Shown here piece after piece: positions 11,997 through 24,747 of a stretch of 64,000 nucleotides of DNA. The stretch covers positions 100,194,001 to 100,258,000 of the forward strand of contig NC_045697.1 of assembly GCF_009834535.1 (NCBI RefSeq), in the 5' to 3' direction. The notes beneath the pieces are model-generated. The model searched no databases. It saw only the letters and a program-made list of their open reading frames with translations, and was not told the DNA's origin. Position 1 is the stretch's first letter; each line of letters starts with the position of its first letter. The translations under genes were made by a program, and so were the position numbers. Origin of the DNA: Camelus ferus. Its lineage: Eukaryota.

Positions 11997-12163
11997 GATT
12001 TGGGAAGACATAAAGTTGGAAACACAGGCAAATGTCAGGTCAGACTCTCTATCTGCCAGGCTAAGAAGTTTGGGTCTCACAATAGCGAGTATGAAGCTGT
12101 GAAGACATCTGAGCAGGGGAGTGAGAAGTAGCGCCTCTGGTTCTCAAACGTGGTCACAGAGAG

Positions 12164-12193
12164 CTGTGATGCGCTGTGACGCACTGTGACGCA
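12164..12193 (+). repeat. 3 x 10-bp tandem repeat (CTGTGAYGCR)
   Basis: ctgtgatgcg ctgtgacgca ctgtgacgca. Confidence 0.9.
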
Positions 12194-12679
12194 GTCCCTC
12201 TCAAACAGTTACAGTGACTTTCCAAGGGCACGGTTGGGTGCTTTCCCCCAGTTAAACAGTCAAGGCTAACTTCTCTTTTGTCGGCTAATCACACCATCAT
12301 TCCTTGTTAGTGGGCCATCCAACTGAGATGGGAGGAGGAAAAAAATCCCCAAATTGAAGAGCCCAGGTTATGGAGAGGTTTCCCCTGATTCTGGAATCAG
12401 TTTGGTTGAAAAGGAACTATAGTTTTGTTTTTGTTTTTTAATTAGAGCATGCTCATAAGCCATGATAAATGACAGCATCCTCTGGAATACATGGCCTAGA
12501 ATCAGAATAAGGACCCTAAATGTTATGCAGATAATGACTTTCTTTGTCCCGAGAAATGTCTTTTATTTTTTGAATAGGTCATATATTCACATTGTTCAAA
12601 TTATACACATACACACTCTTATACAATGAGATGCTTCAGCTCCACTCTCCTACCCAGCTGCCATCACTCTACAGCAGAG

Positions 12680-13010
12680 GCTGGGTAGCTAGTGTCTAAG
12701 CCTGCTTCTTCTAGATCTTGGCACACAGACTACAATTCCCAGCCTCCCCTGCAATTAGATATGGCCACATGATTAAGTCCTGGTCAGGGGAGTATGAGTC
12801 ATTTCCCTGCCTGGCCCACAACAGCCTCCCACAGTCACCCCCCTATTTCTTTCCCAACTGCTGCCTGAACATTGACACTAAGGGCAACCCCAGAAGCCAT
12901 GTAATTAGGAAAGTGAGGCCTCTATCAGTCCTGGCCCCTGAGAGACTGTGTGGAGCACAGCCCTCCTCCCTGCCCCTGATGTCTGCATTGTATGAATATA
13001 TTCCAATTGC
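12680..13010 (+). mobile_element. LTR16-family (LTR16C-like) ERVL solo LTR
   Basis: ctacaattcccagcctcccctgcaattagatatggccacatgattaagtcctgg..cctggcccaca..gactgtgtggagcacag. Confidence 0.7.
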
Positions 13011-14924
13011 TTTAACCCATCTCTCATTCATGGACACTAAACAAGACACTGATTTTTAATCTTCCCTGTGTGAGGGTTCTTAAAGATCATTAGATAGTTA
13101 ATGAGCTTGGAATTTTTTTTTTTGTCCACTCCTGCTTGAATAAGATGTATGTCTAGAACAGAGTAAATATGACAAGAACTTCAAGCTAGAACATAGCAGA
13201 TGATGGTTACAAGGCTGAGAACACTCTGCTACTGATGGACCCCCTCCTGAAATCTCACTTGGCATACTGAGTACACAATGTTGGGACCAGCTGGAAGCCC
13301 GAAACCCCTCTGTGGAATTAATCATATTGTGTAGAGCACGAGACAACTGCTCCATTCAAATGGTACTGATGTCATGTGAAAAAAAGGCGGATGGGTTCAC
13401 ATTTGGCATTCATTAAGAGGTAGCGGCTGGAGTTAGTCAGAATCCTTGATGATTAACCTTCGATATGCATGGCCACAAATGGTACTCGGTCCCTTAGCCA
13501 GACGCTCCCTGCGGAGTCCTCTGAAGGACTGGGGCATGTCTCAGAAACCATTTGCTTAGTCATTTAACCAGAGTGCTTGCTTTTGCCAACAGCTTGACAG
13601 TTTAAAAGAGAATAAAAGCCTGTTCCCCACTGGAACTTTCTGGAATTTTGCCATAATCATTACATACAGTGCTCTGAGGAAATTCTGGCTTTATGGCTCT
13701 TTAGATAAATGGAGTGTGAATTTTACTGTCAGGAGAGAACACTGAAAAACAAAGTAATAAAAGAAAGCAACAATTCAGAACCATGCTCTTTAATATCCTT
13801 TTTTAAAATTAAATATCGATTATGATTTTGCAATTTATTTTCAAGCAAGAACTGTTGAGTAGTTGATTCTCTGAACTTTAGTGTTGGTGCCGGAATTATG
13901 GTGAAAATGAAGTGCTTCTTAAATTGAAAACACTGTAAAATTCCCAGAGGTAATCTTGACACTTCCCTTTATTTCATGTGTTTTAATAGTGGGAATATCA
14001 TATCAAGTTAAGGAAAAAAAGCCTTATCCATACAGCTCATATCCTAAAAGGTAACCAATTATTTTTTGGTCTTTCTTTGATACAATGACATTAATTTAGG
14101 AAAGATTCAGAAATCAACAATCAAAAATAACATGAATATTTACCCAAACCAATATCATTTATTAAAATACGCCATAATCATGAACAATTACTTGCTTTCT
14201 CCACAAGTCCTCAGGAAGCATCTGATTGTAAGAATGGGTGGCTTAGATATTTCCATCGCTATTCCTGCAGTCACCCATGAGCTAGCGGCATTTTAATGGA
14301 GACGCTGCCTATATATAACTTGTGAACACACTGATATTTCCTTAGATGAAAGGTTCTTTAGAAACCACAGAATGCACATATTTCCTTAAAAAAAAAAAAA
14401 AAAAAACGGCAATTTCCCTGGATTCTATCCTGGGTACTTAGTATGTCATTTCTTTGATGATTTATAGAAGCAAGCTCTATCCCCAAGCAATTCCAAGGAA
14501 CTTCCAGATCGTCTCTCCTGATATAGCTTATATTTTTCTCAAATACCATGGGAGAGGCTGTATGATACAAACCAGACATCTCCTTCGCAAACTCAGGGTC
14601 AGGCATACAAGACATACAGCAAAACAGGCTCTCTGCACCTCCTCCTTCAGCTCTCGTTCAATTTATGGAGAGCTTCAGATCAGAGTGTCCCTTAACACTT
14701 AACACTGGTACAGTTACGGCAAGGAATGTGCTTTTTATAAAAATTTTACTGTACAGAAAAGTTTAAAAACATTGCCCTATTGTTACTGGTTTTATGGAAG
14801 TTGGAAAACCTTAACACAACACAGAACTGGACTTCACAGTCAGTACTTATATGAGCAGGAGAAATTACCGGGCATACGTCAGCAGGTCAGTCAAAGATAA
14901 TTCCTCCACAAATTATAGCGTCAA

Positions 14925-16215
14925 ATGTTAAAGCCAGTCCTATCAATCAACAGAGTGGAAAGGCAAACAACAAAACGGTAGAAAATATTTGCCCATCAAA
15001 TATCAGATGAGTTAATAGACAGAATATGTAAAGAACTACAATAACGAAAAACCAAATGACCCAATTCAAAAATGGATGAAGAATCTGAATAGACATTACT
15101 TCAAGCATGATAGAGAAATGGCCAACAAGTGCATGAAAAGATGCTCAACATCACTAATCATTAGAGAAATGCAGACCAAAGCCACATTGTCACCTCACAT
15201 CCACTAGGATGGCTGCCATCAACAGAACAAAACAAAACAGAAAATAACAAGTGTTGCCGAGTATGTGGGGAAATTGGAATTCTTGTGTACCAGTGATGGG
15301 ACTGTAAAATGGTACAGCTACTTTGGAAGACAGTATGGGAGATACTTTCAATAGAATTATCATATGATCCAACAATCCCAGTTCTGGGTGGATACCCAAA
15401 AGAACTGAAAACAGGATCTTTTCTTTTAATTAAAAAAAATTTTTTTATAGAAGGATAGTCAGTTTACAATGTGTCAGTTTCTGGTGTACAGCATAATGTT
15501 TCAGTCATACATAGACATACATATATTTGTTTTCATATTCCTTTTCATTATAGGTTATTTCAAGGTGTTGAATATAGTTCCCTGTGCTATACAGAAGAAA
15601 ATTATTGTTTATCTATTTTATATATAGTAGTTAGTATCAGCAAATCTCAAACTCCTAATTTATCCCTTCTCACCTCTTTCCCCTCTGGTGACCATAAATT
15701 TGTTTTCCATGTCTGTGAGTCTGTTTCTGTGAAAACAGGATCTTAAGGATACTTGCACAGCCATGTTCATAGAAGCATTATTCACAATAGCCAAGAGGTA
15801 GAAGAAACCCAAGTATCCATTGCTGTATGAATGGATGAGTACAATGTGGTATATATAAAAAAGAATGAAATCCTGTCACATGCTACAACATAGATGAACC
15901 TTAAGGACATTAAGCTAAGTCAAATAGGTCAGTCACAAAAAGACAAATACGGTAGGAATCCATCTGTATGAGGTATCTAAAGTAGTCAAATTCATAGGAA
16001 CATAAAGCAGAATGATGGTTGGTAGGAGACTGGGGGAGGGGAGAAGGGAAGTTATTGTCTAATGGGGACAGAATTACAGTTTTGCAAGAAGAAAAAGTTC
16101 TAGAGATCAGTTGCACAACAATGTAGATATACTTAATGTTACTCAACTGTACACTTGAAAATGGCTGAGTTGGTAAATTTATGTATGTGTTTTTTACAAT
16201 TAAAAACTTTAAAAA
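14925..16215 (+). mobile_element. L1MB-type 3' portion (ORF2 C-terminus + 3' UTR), interrupted at 15421-15729
   Basis: gccaacaagtgcatgaaaagatgctcaacatcactaatcattagagaaatgca; agaaaaagttctagagatcagttgcacaacaatgt..ctgtacacttgaaaatgg. Confidence 0.9.
15421..15729 (-). mobile_element. Young camelid/artiodactyl L1 3' fragment with 15-bp TSD
   Basis: atagtcagtttacaatgtgtcagtttctggtgtacagcataatg..; perfect TSD tgaaaacaggatctt at 15406-15420 and 15730-15744. Confidence 0.92.
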
Positions 16216-16484
16216 AATCTGACCAAAACAAAACACAGTCCTTTTGGCCAGTCTGAGAAGCCAGAGTTATGAACTCCACTAGAACCCTACGGTCCCCAAA
16301 GGCAAGGCTAGTTGCTTTTCATCTGATCAAAGCAACTGAGGGTGATGAAAGTTACCCTTTACTTTCAACAACTCTCCACAATTTAACTCAAAAAGTCAGA
16401 GCTCTAACATGTTCTAGTAACTCTGAGATTGTCAGGCACCCTTCTGTCCAAAGCTGAGTGAACAATAAAGGGGCATAACTGAAA

Positions 16485-16692
16485 TTTGCTGAGAGTGGAA
16501 CTTCAGTGTTCTCACCAAGAGAGAAGTGAATGAATAAATGAATGTGTAAGTGGATACGTGAGGTGATAGAAGTTTAATAGCTAAATGGGGTGAATCCTTT
16601 CACAGTGTCTAGCAAATCACCAACATGGACACTTCAAATATCTTACAATTCTACATGTCAGTTGATACCTCAAAGAAGCTGAATTTTTTTTT
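16485..16692 (+). mobile_element. L1MA9-like 3' end with 19-bp TSD
   Basis: tgaaatttgctgagagt..gtgttctcacca..tgtcagttgatacctcaa; TSD taaaggggcataactgaaa (16466-16484) / taaagggacataactgaaa (16693-16711). Confidence 0.85.
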
Positions 16693-17117
16693 TAAAGGGA
16701 CATAACTGAAAATGTTTACCTCAAATTAGGTGTTTGCTCTGGCTCTGGGGAAAAGAGAAACTGGCACATGCTCATCTTATCAGTCCTCTTGGTGCAAGCC
16801 AGGATGTGAAAGGCTCCCAATCAGAAGTCCTTTCTGCCGCTGCTAATGGGCTCAACTTCACAGCCCTCAAGGTCACAAACATGTGAGTCCTCCTCACAGT
16901 TTACACTAAGAAGAATGTCACGGAATGCTTAGTAGATCAACGGAGATGAGGACACACAGAAGTTAATTATGCATTTAAGATCCATGGGGAAAAATGTATG
17001 TATTCCTAAACTCCAAGTGGTAAAATAAATTTAAATCCCATAGAATGGCACTCTTGCTTCAGGAGACAATACTGGTTATCAGGACATGGCCTAACAAGGC
17101 AATGAGAGTCATTAATT

Positions 17118-17458
17118 ACTCTAACTGTAAGTATGTTTTCTATGCCTGTAGGTCTATTTCTGTTTTTTAAATACGTTCATTTGTGTCTTTTTCTTTCAGA
17201 TTCCAGTGTAAGTGATATCATACAATATTTTTCTTTCTCTTTCTGGCTTACTTCACCTGTATGATAATCTCCAGGTCCACTGATGTTGCTGCAATAGAAA
17301 TTGTTTCATTCTTTTTTATAGCTGAGTAATATTCCACGCTATCTATCTATCTATATATACACGTATATATAAATATAAACATATGTATACCACATCTTTA
17401 TCCAATCATCTGTTGATGGACATTTAGATTGCTTCCATGTCTTGGCTATTATAAATAG
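17118..17458 (-). mobile_element. Artiodactyl L1 3' region fragment
   Basis: gtaagtgatatcatacaatatttttctttctctttctggcttacttcac..tgttgatggacatttagattgcttccatgtcttggctatt. Confidence 0.85.
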
Positions 17459-19154
17459 TCCAAAGGCAACATTTTTGTTACAATTGTTGATAAATAAATT
17501 TATCTGAAAAATATTGATAACGCTTGCTCATGGCACATTTAAATTTTTTAAAGAGGAAATTATTCAAAATAATATCCTAATGTCAAACAGCACGGCACAG
17601 CTCAAGATAAACGTATTCTCAATTTTATCTATTTATCTCACCTAAAAGGCCCTTAGCTCAAAAGTGCTGCAAGTCACGGACCACTGGTTTGAGTTTATTT
17701 CCAACAAGCACTCTATTCTCCACCAGCCTGGGTCCCAGCCTTTCACCCTTGCATCCCCCTGGCCTGGACCCAGTATTTAGCACAGATTCATCAGCATTTT
17801 ATTTATTTCCTGAATGAAATTCTTTAATATGACATAAGAAGAAATACATTTACTGGTGGGTTATAGAAGAAAATTATACACTGGTTGACTGTCCTTATTT
17901 ACTCCAATGGAAAGAGTATTCTATTTCTTTTTTAAAAATGTGACATTCTACTTAAGGTTTTTTGTTTTGGGGATTTTCTTTTATGAAGTAAGATCACTTC
18001 TGTTCATCATCTTCCTGCTACATCACCCGTTAGCTTTTTAGAAAGCACGAAAGCTAGTGCGCATCACTCAAACAGCCAGTGTAAATTAAACTACTCTATT
18101 TTAAGTCAATACCTCATCATATAAAGGCTTTAAGAAACTCATGAATAATGTTTACGGAAAAACTTTAATATGAGGATAGGCATATAACAACAAGAGAAAT
18201 AAATTTCATTATGGGAATTTGGAAGAAGACAGAAAACATAAACATAATCTGATGAGCATATTAGCTCTGCATTTTCTTCTGAAGGAAATGAAAAAACAGT
18301 TCAAAGTTTGGAATTTCCAAATTACTTTGCAGGCATTTAGCCCCAGTTTCCCAATAAAATAATTTAATTTATTTTCTTTTTTCATCATGTAAACAGAAGC
18401 CTGAACCATTTTTGCAATAAACTGTTGGATCAAAAAAGCATTTTTCCCAAGATAGAAAGTTAAGGCGCTGGAGGCCAAGGACTAAACTACTTCCAGCTGT
18501 AAAAGTTGATTTCATTTTTCCTGGGAAAGCTGGTATTAGCTTTCAATGCGATTCGTGTAATATTTAAGACATGTCAATGGAAGATCAACAGTGCCAACAT
18601 TAGTGAGCAACCTGTACACACACTTTTAGAATTAACCATAGCCTTAAAAAATTTTAAGTTCCCACCAAGATATATCTATGCTAGAGGGATCCACTCTTTA
18701 CAACAGCCAGCATGCAAACAGTCAGATACACAAATAAATTGAAATATAAATAACTGCTTATTTGCTAAGTTAAAGTACCTAACAGTTTACAGAATTTAAA
18801 TTATGTATTAGATAATTATAACACATGCAAAGAAGGAAGATTCTCACTTGGACCCCCACCCTGAGAAATCTGGGCCATCAGGTTAGTTCCCATGGTGCTT
18901 TAGGAGAAGAGAATGCTTGGCTGATTTTCAGGTCCCAGAATAAAACTCCTAAACAAAGAGGGAAGGTGAAGACTTCTCTCAGTCCCATGGAAACGTGCTG
19001 GAGACAGCTGGGGTGCACGATATACTCCGGGATGCTCCTCAGAACCTGACCTTTGGTGCTCCGCCTTAAATACCTTTCACCCTGTCCAGAGGACTTAGTT
19101 CAAGAATCAAGAAAGAAGGCTGAAGAAATTAACAGAGCTGGCAGTTTCTTTTGG

Positions 19155-19548
19155 TGCTAAGGTCTGAATGTTTGTCTGCCCTCCAAAATTCACATGTTGG
19201 AATATCAACTCCAAATGTGACTGTGTTAGAAGGTAGAAACTTTGGGCGGGGTAGAGCCCTCATGAATGGGATAAATGCTCTTATAAAAGAGACCCCAGGT
19301 GGGGATACAAGAATCTGTGACCCAGAGGAGAGCCCTCACCCAGCCAAGGTGGCACTCTGATCTAGGACTTCCAGCCTCCAGAGTTGGTGCGAACTAAATT
19401 TCTATTTTTTAAAATTAATTAATTAATTAATTTTTATTGAGCTATAGTCAGTTTACAATGCTGTGTCAGTTTCTGGTGTACAGCATAATGTGTCAGACAA
19501 TTTCTGTTGTTCATAAATTACCCAGTCTGTGTATTTTGTAACAGCAGT
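19155..19548 (+). mobile_element. MLT1A-like MaLR solo LTR, interrupted by a ~95-bp L1 3' tip (minus, about 19404-19498)
   Basis: tgctaaggtctgaatgtttgt..ccaaaattcacatgttg, gagccctcatgaatgggat..cttataaaagagacccca, gacttccagcctccaga..aatttctgttgtt; aatttct is duplicated around the insert. Confidence 0.85.
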
Positions 19549-19699
19549 ATTTCAACATTACAAAATTCACAGCAAATTTTAATCATTCCGTATTTTCTCA
19601 ATCAATGGCTCCTAAAAATACCATCAGCCTCATGTGCCTCACTGACAAAATGTTTAACTATTAAAAGTGTCAGCACTTATTTTTTGGTCTCTGTTATCC

Positions 19700-19900
19700 A
19701 AAGCATTTACTAAACTATTTAGTAAATGTTGGACATTATTATGAGCACTTGCTATGTGGTCCTAAGCCCATGGCCAGCACTCTGAATGTGGCTGCTAGCC
19801 TCGGGAAGCTCAGAGCCCAGTTAGGGAGACAGATGCTCACACACACCTTTATAACCTGCTGTGCTCAGTGCTGTAACAGAAGCACACGCAAGTGCTGTGG
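19700..19900 (-). mobile_element. L2 3' fragment
   Basis: cattattatgagcacttgctatgtg.., gaagctcagagcccagttagggagacagatg.., agtgctgtaacagaag. Confidence 0.5.
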
Positions 19901-22900
19901 ATGTCTTAGCCAAACAGGTAAATCACAACACACTATAGCCAAGGCCACACTGATATGTAAACAATGTGCTCTGGGGTCGTAGAGGGTGGAACGATTAACC
20001 GGGCCGTGGTGAGGAAAGGCAAGCGGGGTGAGAGGACACCTCATAATGAGGGAGCATGAAAGTACATCATGGAAACAAAGGATGATGGAGAATAGCACAG
20101 AGGAACTGCACACAGAAACAGTATCCTCACGCAAACCCCAGTTACCAGAAAACATACTTCTCCCGTAAATGCAGAGCTGCACCTGGCCTGAAGTCCCCAG
20201 GTGCCAAGATTCTGTAAAATACAATCTGAAACCTCTGGTCAGGAGCAGAATTTCTCAAAGATATTTCTTCTGTGGATTGTTTTGGCTTTAAAAACTAGTC
20301 CCATGGATTACTTTTGCTTGCCACTGGGAAGAAAAACTAAAGAAAAAAATGACCCACTCAAGGATTAATGGAAAGTACATCACTACTTTTGAGGAGATGT
20401 CAATAAAATAGTATTTGCTTTAAATCAAATATAGTGTAATAAGAAAATATGGAAGAACTGAATACAACTTTCATGAACATTATAGTCTGTAAATGAACGC
20501 TGTAAGTAATATATGACATTAAGCCATGGGCCATTTGCAGAGCCACCATGGCTATATCTAAAGAATCAACTATTTGGTGAGTGCATTCCATTCTTAGGAA
20601 ATGATGGGCCCCCCCGATAATATAAGATCTAACTTATTTTCAAAAATGTTTCATGAAGGTATTTCATGAGAGCTAAAGAATTACGTACACAATTGTAGGT
20701 CTCAATGAGGCACCTATTAGAAAGAGAGCTACTTTATGAAAAGTTAATCATTCAAGAATATGAAATCATCAGTTAAAATTAAACAGGCATTTATCAGATA
20801 CGTTCTGGAACTGACATTTGCAGCTCACCTGCCTATAACAAAATGAGGGAAAAAATCAATAAAACCCAGCAACTTCTAGTGAAGCAGAGAAATTCAATTT
20901 ACTTAACAGTGTTGAAGGAAACACTTTGTATGTGGAGACAGTCAGTCTTACTGCATAAAGAATTAGATTGCTCAAGACAAACAAAACTTTAAATTAAGAA
21001 GATTAAATAAAGGGCAATTCAACGCCTCCAGGTCTCTCTACTTCGCCATCATATACCCCTGACATTATTATGAAAGAACAAACTATTCCAGAGTTCTGAG
21101 GCATTTCAAAAACTGAGCACTTTCTAACATTTCAGCTAGTTCAATTCAAGCTGGTTTTCTTTGCTTGAGGCTCTTTCTACACAAGAATTAGATGAGTCTG
21201 AAAAAATGCAATTTGGCCCTGTGACTGCATTCTTGATTTTTCACTATGTCCCAAAGAAAACAAATCCTAAGAGCTCTAGGACAACAAAAGATACTAGCAA
21301 TTGCTACCAGTACGAAACAGAAAAACGAATACCAGAATGCATAATCTGAAAAATAAAAATCAGAGGTAACTGGTAATTTTTGTTGAAGGTAGTGATTCTC
21401 CTGCATAGATGTTCTGCTTCCTTTTTTGATATTCATTCTCTTTCTCTCCATCTCTCCCTGCCTCCCTTCCTTCCTCTGTGTTTGCCGGGTGTGCTGGGAG
21501 TGGTGGTGTCCCTTCTCTTTATATCCTCACCGAAGGCATACACATAAAAGCATCGTCAAGGAAGTTTTTGAAGTCCTTGAGCCTTGTCTTCAGCATATGG
21601 TTCCAAGTAAACCGAGAGGAGGATTAAACATTGCAGGGAAGACTTTGGTAGGGTTGTAAGACAATCTTTTCTCAGGCTGAAAATGAGTTTTGCATTTCAA
21701 TCTGAGCTTCAGTGATCAAATCATTTGGGGGGAATGCTTTGACTTTTTATTAAATATAATCTCAGTATCAGCATGTAGAAAAATTCAAATATAGTACCTT
21801 TGTGTGTAGTGAGCTTGCAAATAAATAACACAGACCCATTTGGAAGGGAAAATGGGAAGTCTTCCCAAGAGCTCGGTAGGTAATTAGCAAAGAAGAGAGT
21901 GCAGGTTTTGAGACACACAAAATCTGGTGTGTTTGTGAAAGAGAGGGGCAGGTGATGCAGAGAATGGACTTCTGAGTCTCTCTGATAAAGGCAAGATGCC
22001 AGTCTAACATAGATGACAGCAAAGAAGAGTTTCTAGAAGGAGTTTACTATTAAAATGACAACAGGTCATGGTTTTTTAAATGTAAGAATTCATCAAGTAT
22101 CCATCATTCCTACAAAGAGCTGAGCAAAAATGTTCTAAAATGCTCAGTAATATTAGAAGGAGGAGGCCTGATTCTAGGCATACCCTGTCAAATTCACATG
22201 ATGCGTAAGGTTTAACATCTTGTCTACAAGGAGATGTAGGTTTGGTAGGGAGGCCAAACATATGTAAATACTTTCTTCTCCTCAATACGTTCTCGGCATC
22301 TGAGTCCAGGTTTGGATATCTGTTCTCTTGTATCATTAATCAGACTAGCTATGGGTGCACATGCAGAATTTCAGTCATTTTAGGAGGGTGAAAAATTGGA
22401 GGTTGGCATAAGGGGAAAGGGAGCCACTCTGATAGGAATGGCTGAACAGGTCAGTGCTTGGGTGGCCCAACTACCAGCCAGTTTCTGAATCCAAGGAACA
22501 CAATGGTTTGATTGGTAATCATTCCTTTCTGTGCTATGGAAGAGAGTCAAAGAGGTCAGCCTATATGTGAAAATATACGCAGAAGTAAAAATACTGCTCA
22601 GGGTTCATGGACGACAACTTGGATTTCAGACCCCTAGAGTAATCTCCCTACCCGCAATACACGTGCCACGGTGTTAAGGTAAATGGAAGAATTAGGGAGC
22701 ATCCAAGACAGCCATCATTTAAGAAGCACTTAGGCTCTTTATTATCTTCTTTAACCCTCGTAACCTTCTTGTGGGGTATGTAGTAGGTTTGAAGTCAGTA
22801 TATTCTATTGATATCTACCAAGATTTCCTTCTCTTCTTTATGTAAATTAAACACTCACATGCAAAGTAATCCTACATATTTTTAAAGGATGCATGCATAA

Positions 22901-23009
22901 TTAAGGCGATATATCAAACACATCAGAGAGGATGGCTTCTGGAAGGGGGAAGAAGTGCACATAGCATAATGTGAGCAAAATGCTTTACTAATGAGTATAA
23001 AGTACATCC

Positions 23010-23130
23010 CAACAGAATTTCCATTTTATAGATAAGAAAACCGGCAGCTTTGAGAGGTTAGGAAACTTGTGCGAAGGCATTTAGCTAAAAAAGTGTTGGT
23101 TCCAGGAATGCAGCCATGTTCTGAATCATT
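23010..23130 (-). mobile_element. MIR fragment
   Basis: ccattttatagataagaaaac..agaggttaggaaacttg..aagg. Confidence 0.65.
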
Positions 23131-24169
23131 AAGCTTTACTGAAACTCCCGATACTGACGTACTGGACTAGAACACAACATTTTTAAATCAAAATAGGAGA
23201 GTTTACAGAAACATCTTGTTAAGCGGAAGGTCACACCAGCCCTTTCCCTCTCTAACGTGGGCAGGTGCGTGCCCGAGCAATGAGATGAGCCCTGCCAAAA
23301 TGATTTCCTTCAATACAGCAAACCCTAAATTCAACTCAGTGAACCCTTATTAGGGTCCTACTCCATTCAAAGAACTCTGTTTTGGATTCTAGGTTATGAA
23401 CATTTATAAGTCAATGATTTGCATGATGTCAAGCAATTGTGCTGATGTAGTAACCTATGAAGTTTACTGACCCATTTTTATTTACACACAAATCTTGATC
23501 AATTATTAGAATCACTTTTAGATAAAGAATCCCAATAAAGGGTTCTTCTAGTCCTTAAGTATAAATATCTTTACAATATATTTTATAAGAAATTGAAATT
23601 CAGACACAGCATATTTTTTGGTCAAGGTCTCCACATGGAAGGCTGAGTTGATACAGATTATAAATGTAAAGGGAAAATGATTTAATAGGAAAGCCAAAGA
23701 GAAGTGTCTAAGTATTATGCAGGAGGAGATATAGGAGATGGCTAGAAATTGGAACATTTTAAAACTACAGAAATGCAGGAATTAATTATGATCCTAAGAT
23801 GGGACGACAGGCAAAAGGTTGTCAAATATCATCTTGGTCTGATGGCTAGCTGATGAAATTTTGCCTTTCTTATAACTTTGGATGGGGGTTGGGGGAGCTA
23901 TACTTCCACAAAACTTTCAAATGTTGTCTCCTGCCTAAACAGACACCAACACTCTTCTTTAAACGAGATGCACTCTTTTCTGTTACTCGCATTCATGACT
24001 GGACTAGAGTCTATTCTCCGGTTGCCAAAGCTGGGGACAAGTTATATAAACTTGTTACTGAAGCATTCTAGGAAAGACACAACCACAAGTCTGGGAGGAA
24101 GCTGCAGAGTAGACTTTGCTTTCATAAAACTGTAATTTACTGACACCCACCAGGGCCAAAATTGAAGTT

Positions 24170-24435
24170 CACACTTCCTGAGTCAGTGGTTCCGTATCTT
24201 TGGAAGCATGTGTAACAAGAATTCTTTTCAAATTGCTGACGGCTTCCTCAGCTTCTCAACATCTGCGGTGCCCTGGTCCCATGACCATTTTTATTTTGTT
24301 TAAAAAAGAAATTTTTTTTTTTCCCGGCCAGCTTAAGATTAATTCAAATCAAAAGGCAATTCATCGTGCTCAGTTCTCTCCCCATTTATTCCACTGGTGA
24401 GGGAATTACTGCCAGACAGTATGGTCACGTGGCCT
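24170..24435. promoter_or_regulatory. Candidate enhancer: overlapping ETS/AP-1 composite, MAF half-site, E-box
   Basis: CACTTCCTGAGTCA 24172-24185, TGCTGAC 24234-24240, GTCACGTG 24424-24431. Confidence 0.4.
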
Positions 24436-24697
24436 CATAATTCCTGGGCCCACATAAGAGGAGGCATGTTTGTTATTCCTGACAAACAGATGTAAGGATA
24501 AAAGGAGGTACTTGCTTGTTTCACTGGTTTCATGTTTGGATCCCTTCATTTTCTTTGCCTTTTAAATCCTAACTTTTGCCCTAGACACCAATTAAAGAAA
24601 TGACTCCCCTCTTCCCCCTCAAATAAAGGAACAAAAAAAAGCATCCAAAGTCAGTTTTAAAGTCCAGTCCAAGCCTTCTCAGGCTTATGACAGCACA

Positions 24698-24747
24698 GTG
24701 TGTGTGTGTGTGTGTTTGTGTGCACGCGTGCGCGTGTGAGTGTGTGC
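24698..24747 (+). repeat. Imperfect (TG)n microsatellite with CG-rich core
   Basis: gtgtgtgtgtgtgtgtgtttgtgtgcacgcgtgcgcgtgtgagtgtgtgc. Confidence 0.9.

Noticed and set aside
11442..12080. Overlapping ORFs that look protein-like
   Set aside because: Sense and antisense readings of a disrupted L1 ORF2 fragment, not a host gene.
14358..14702. ORFs on both strands (85 and 82 aa)
   Set aside because: No recognisable homology or consistent splice signals; lengths within chance expectation.
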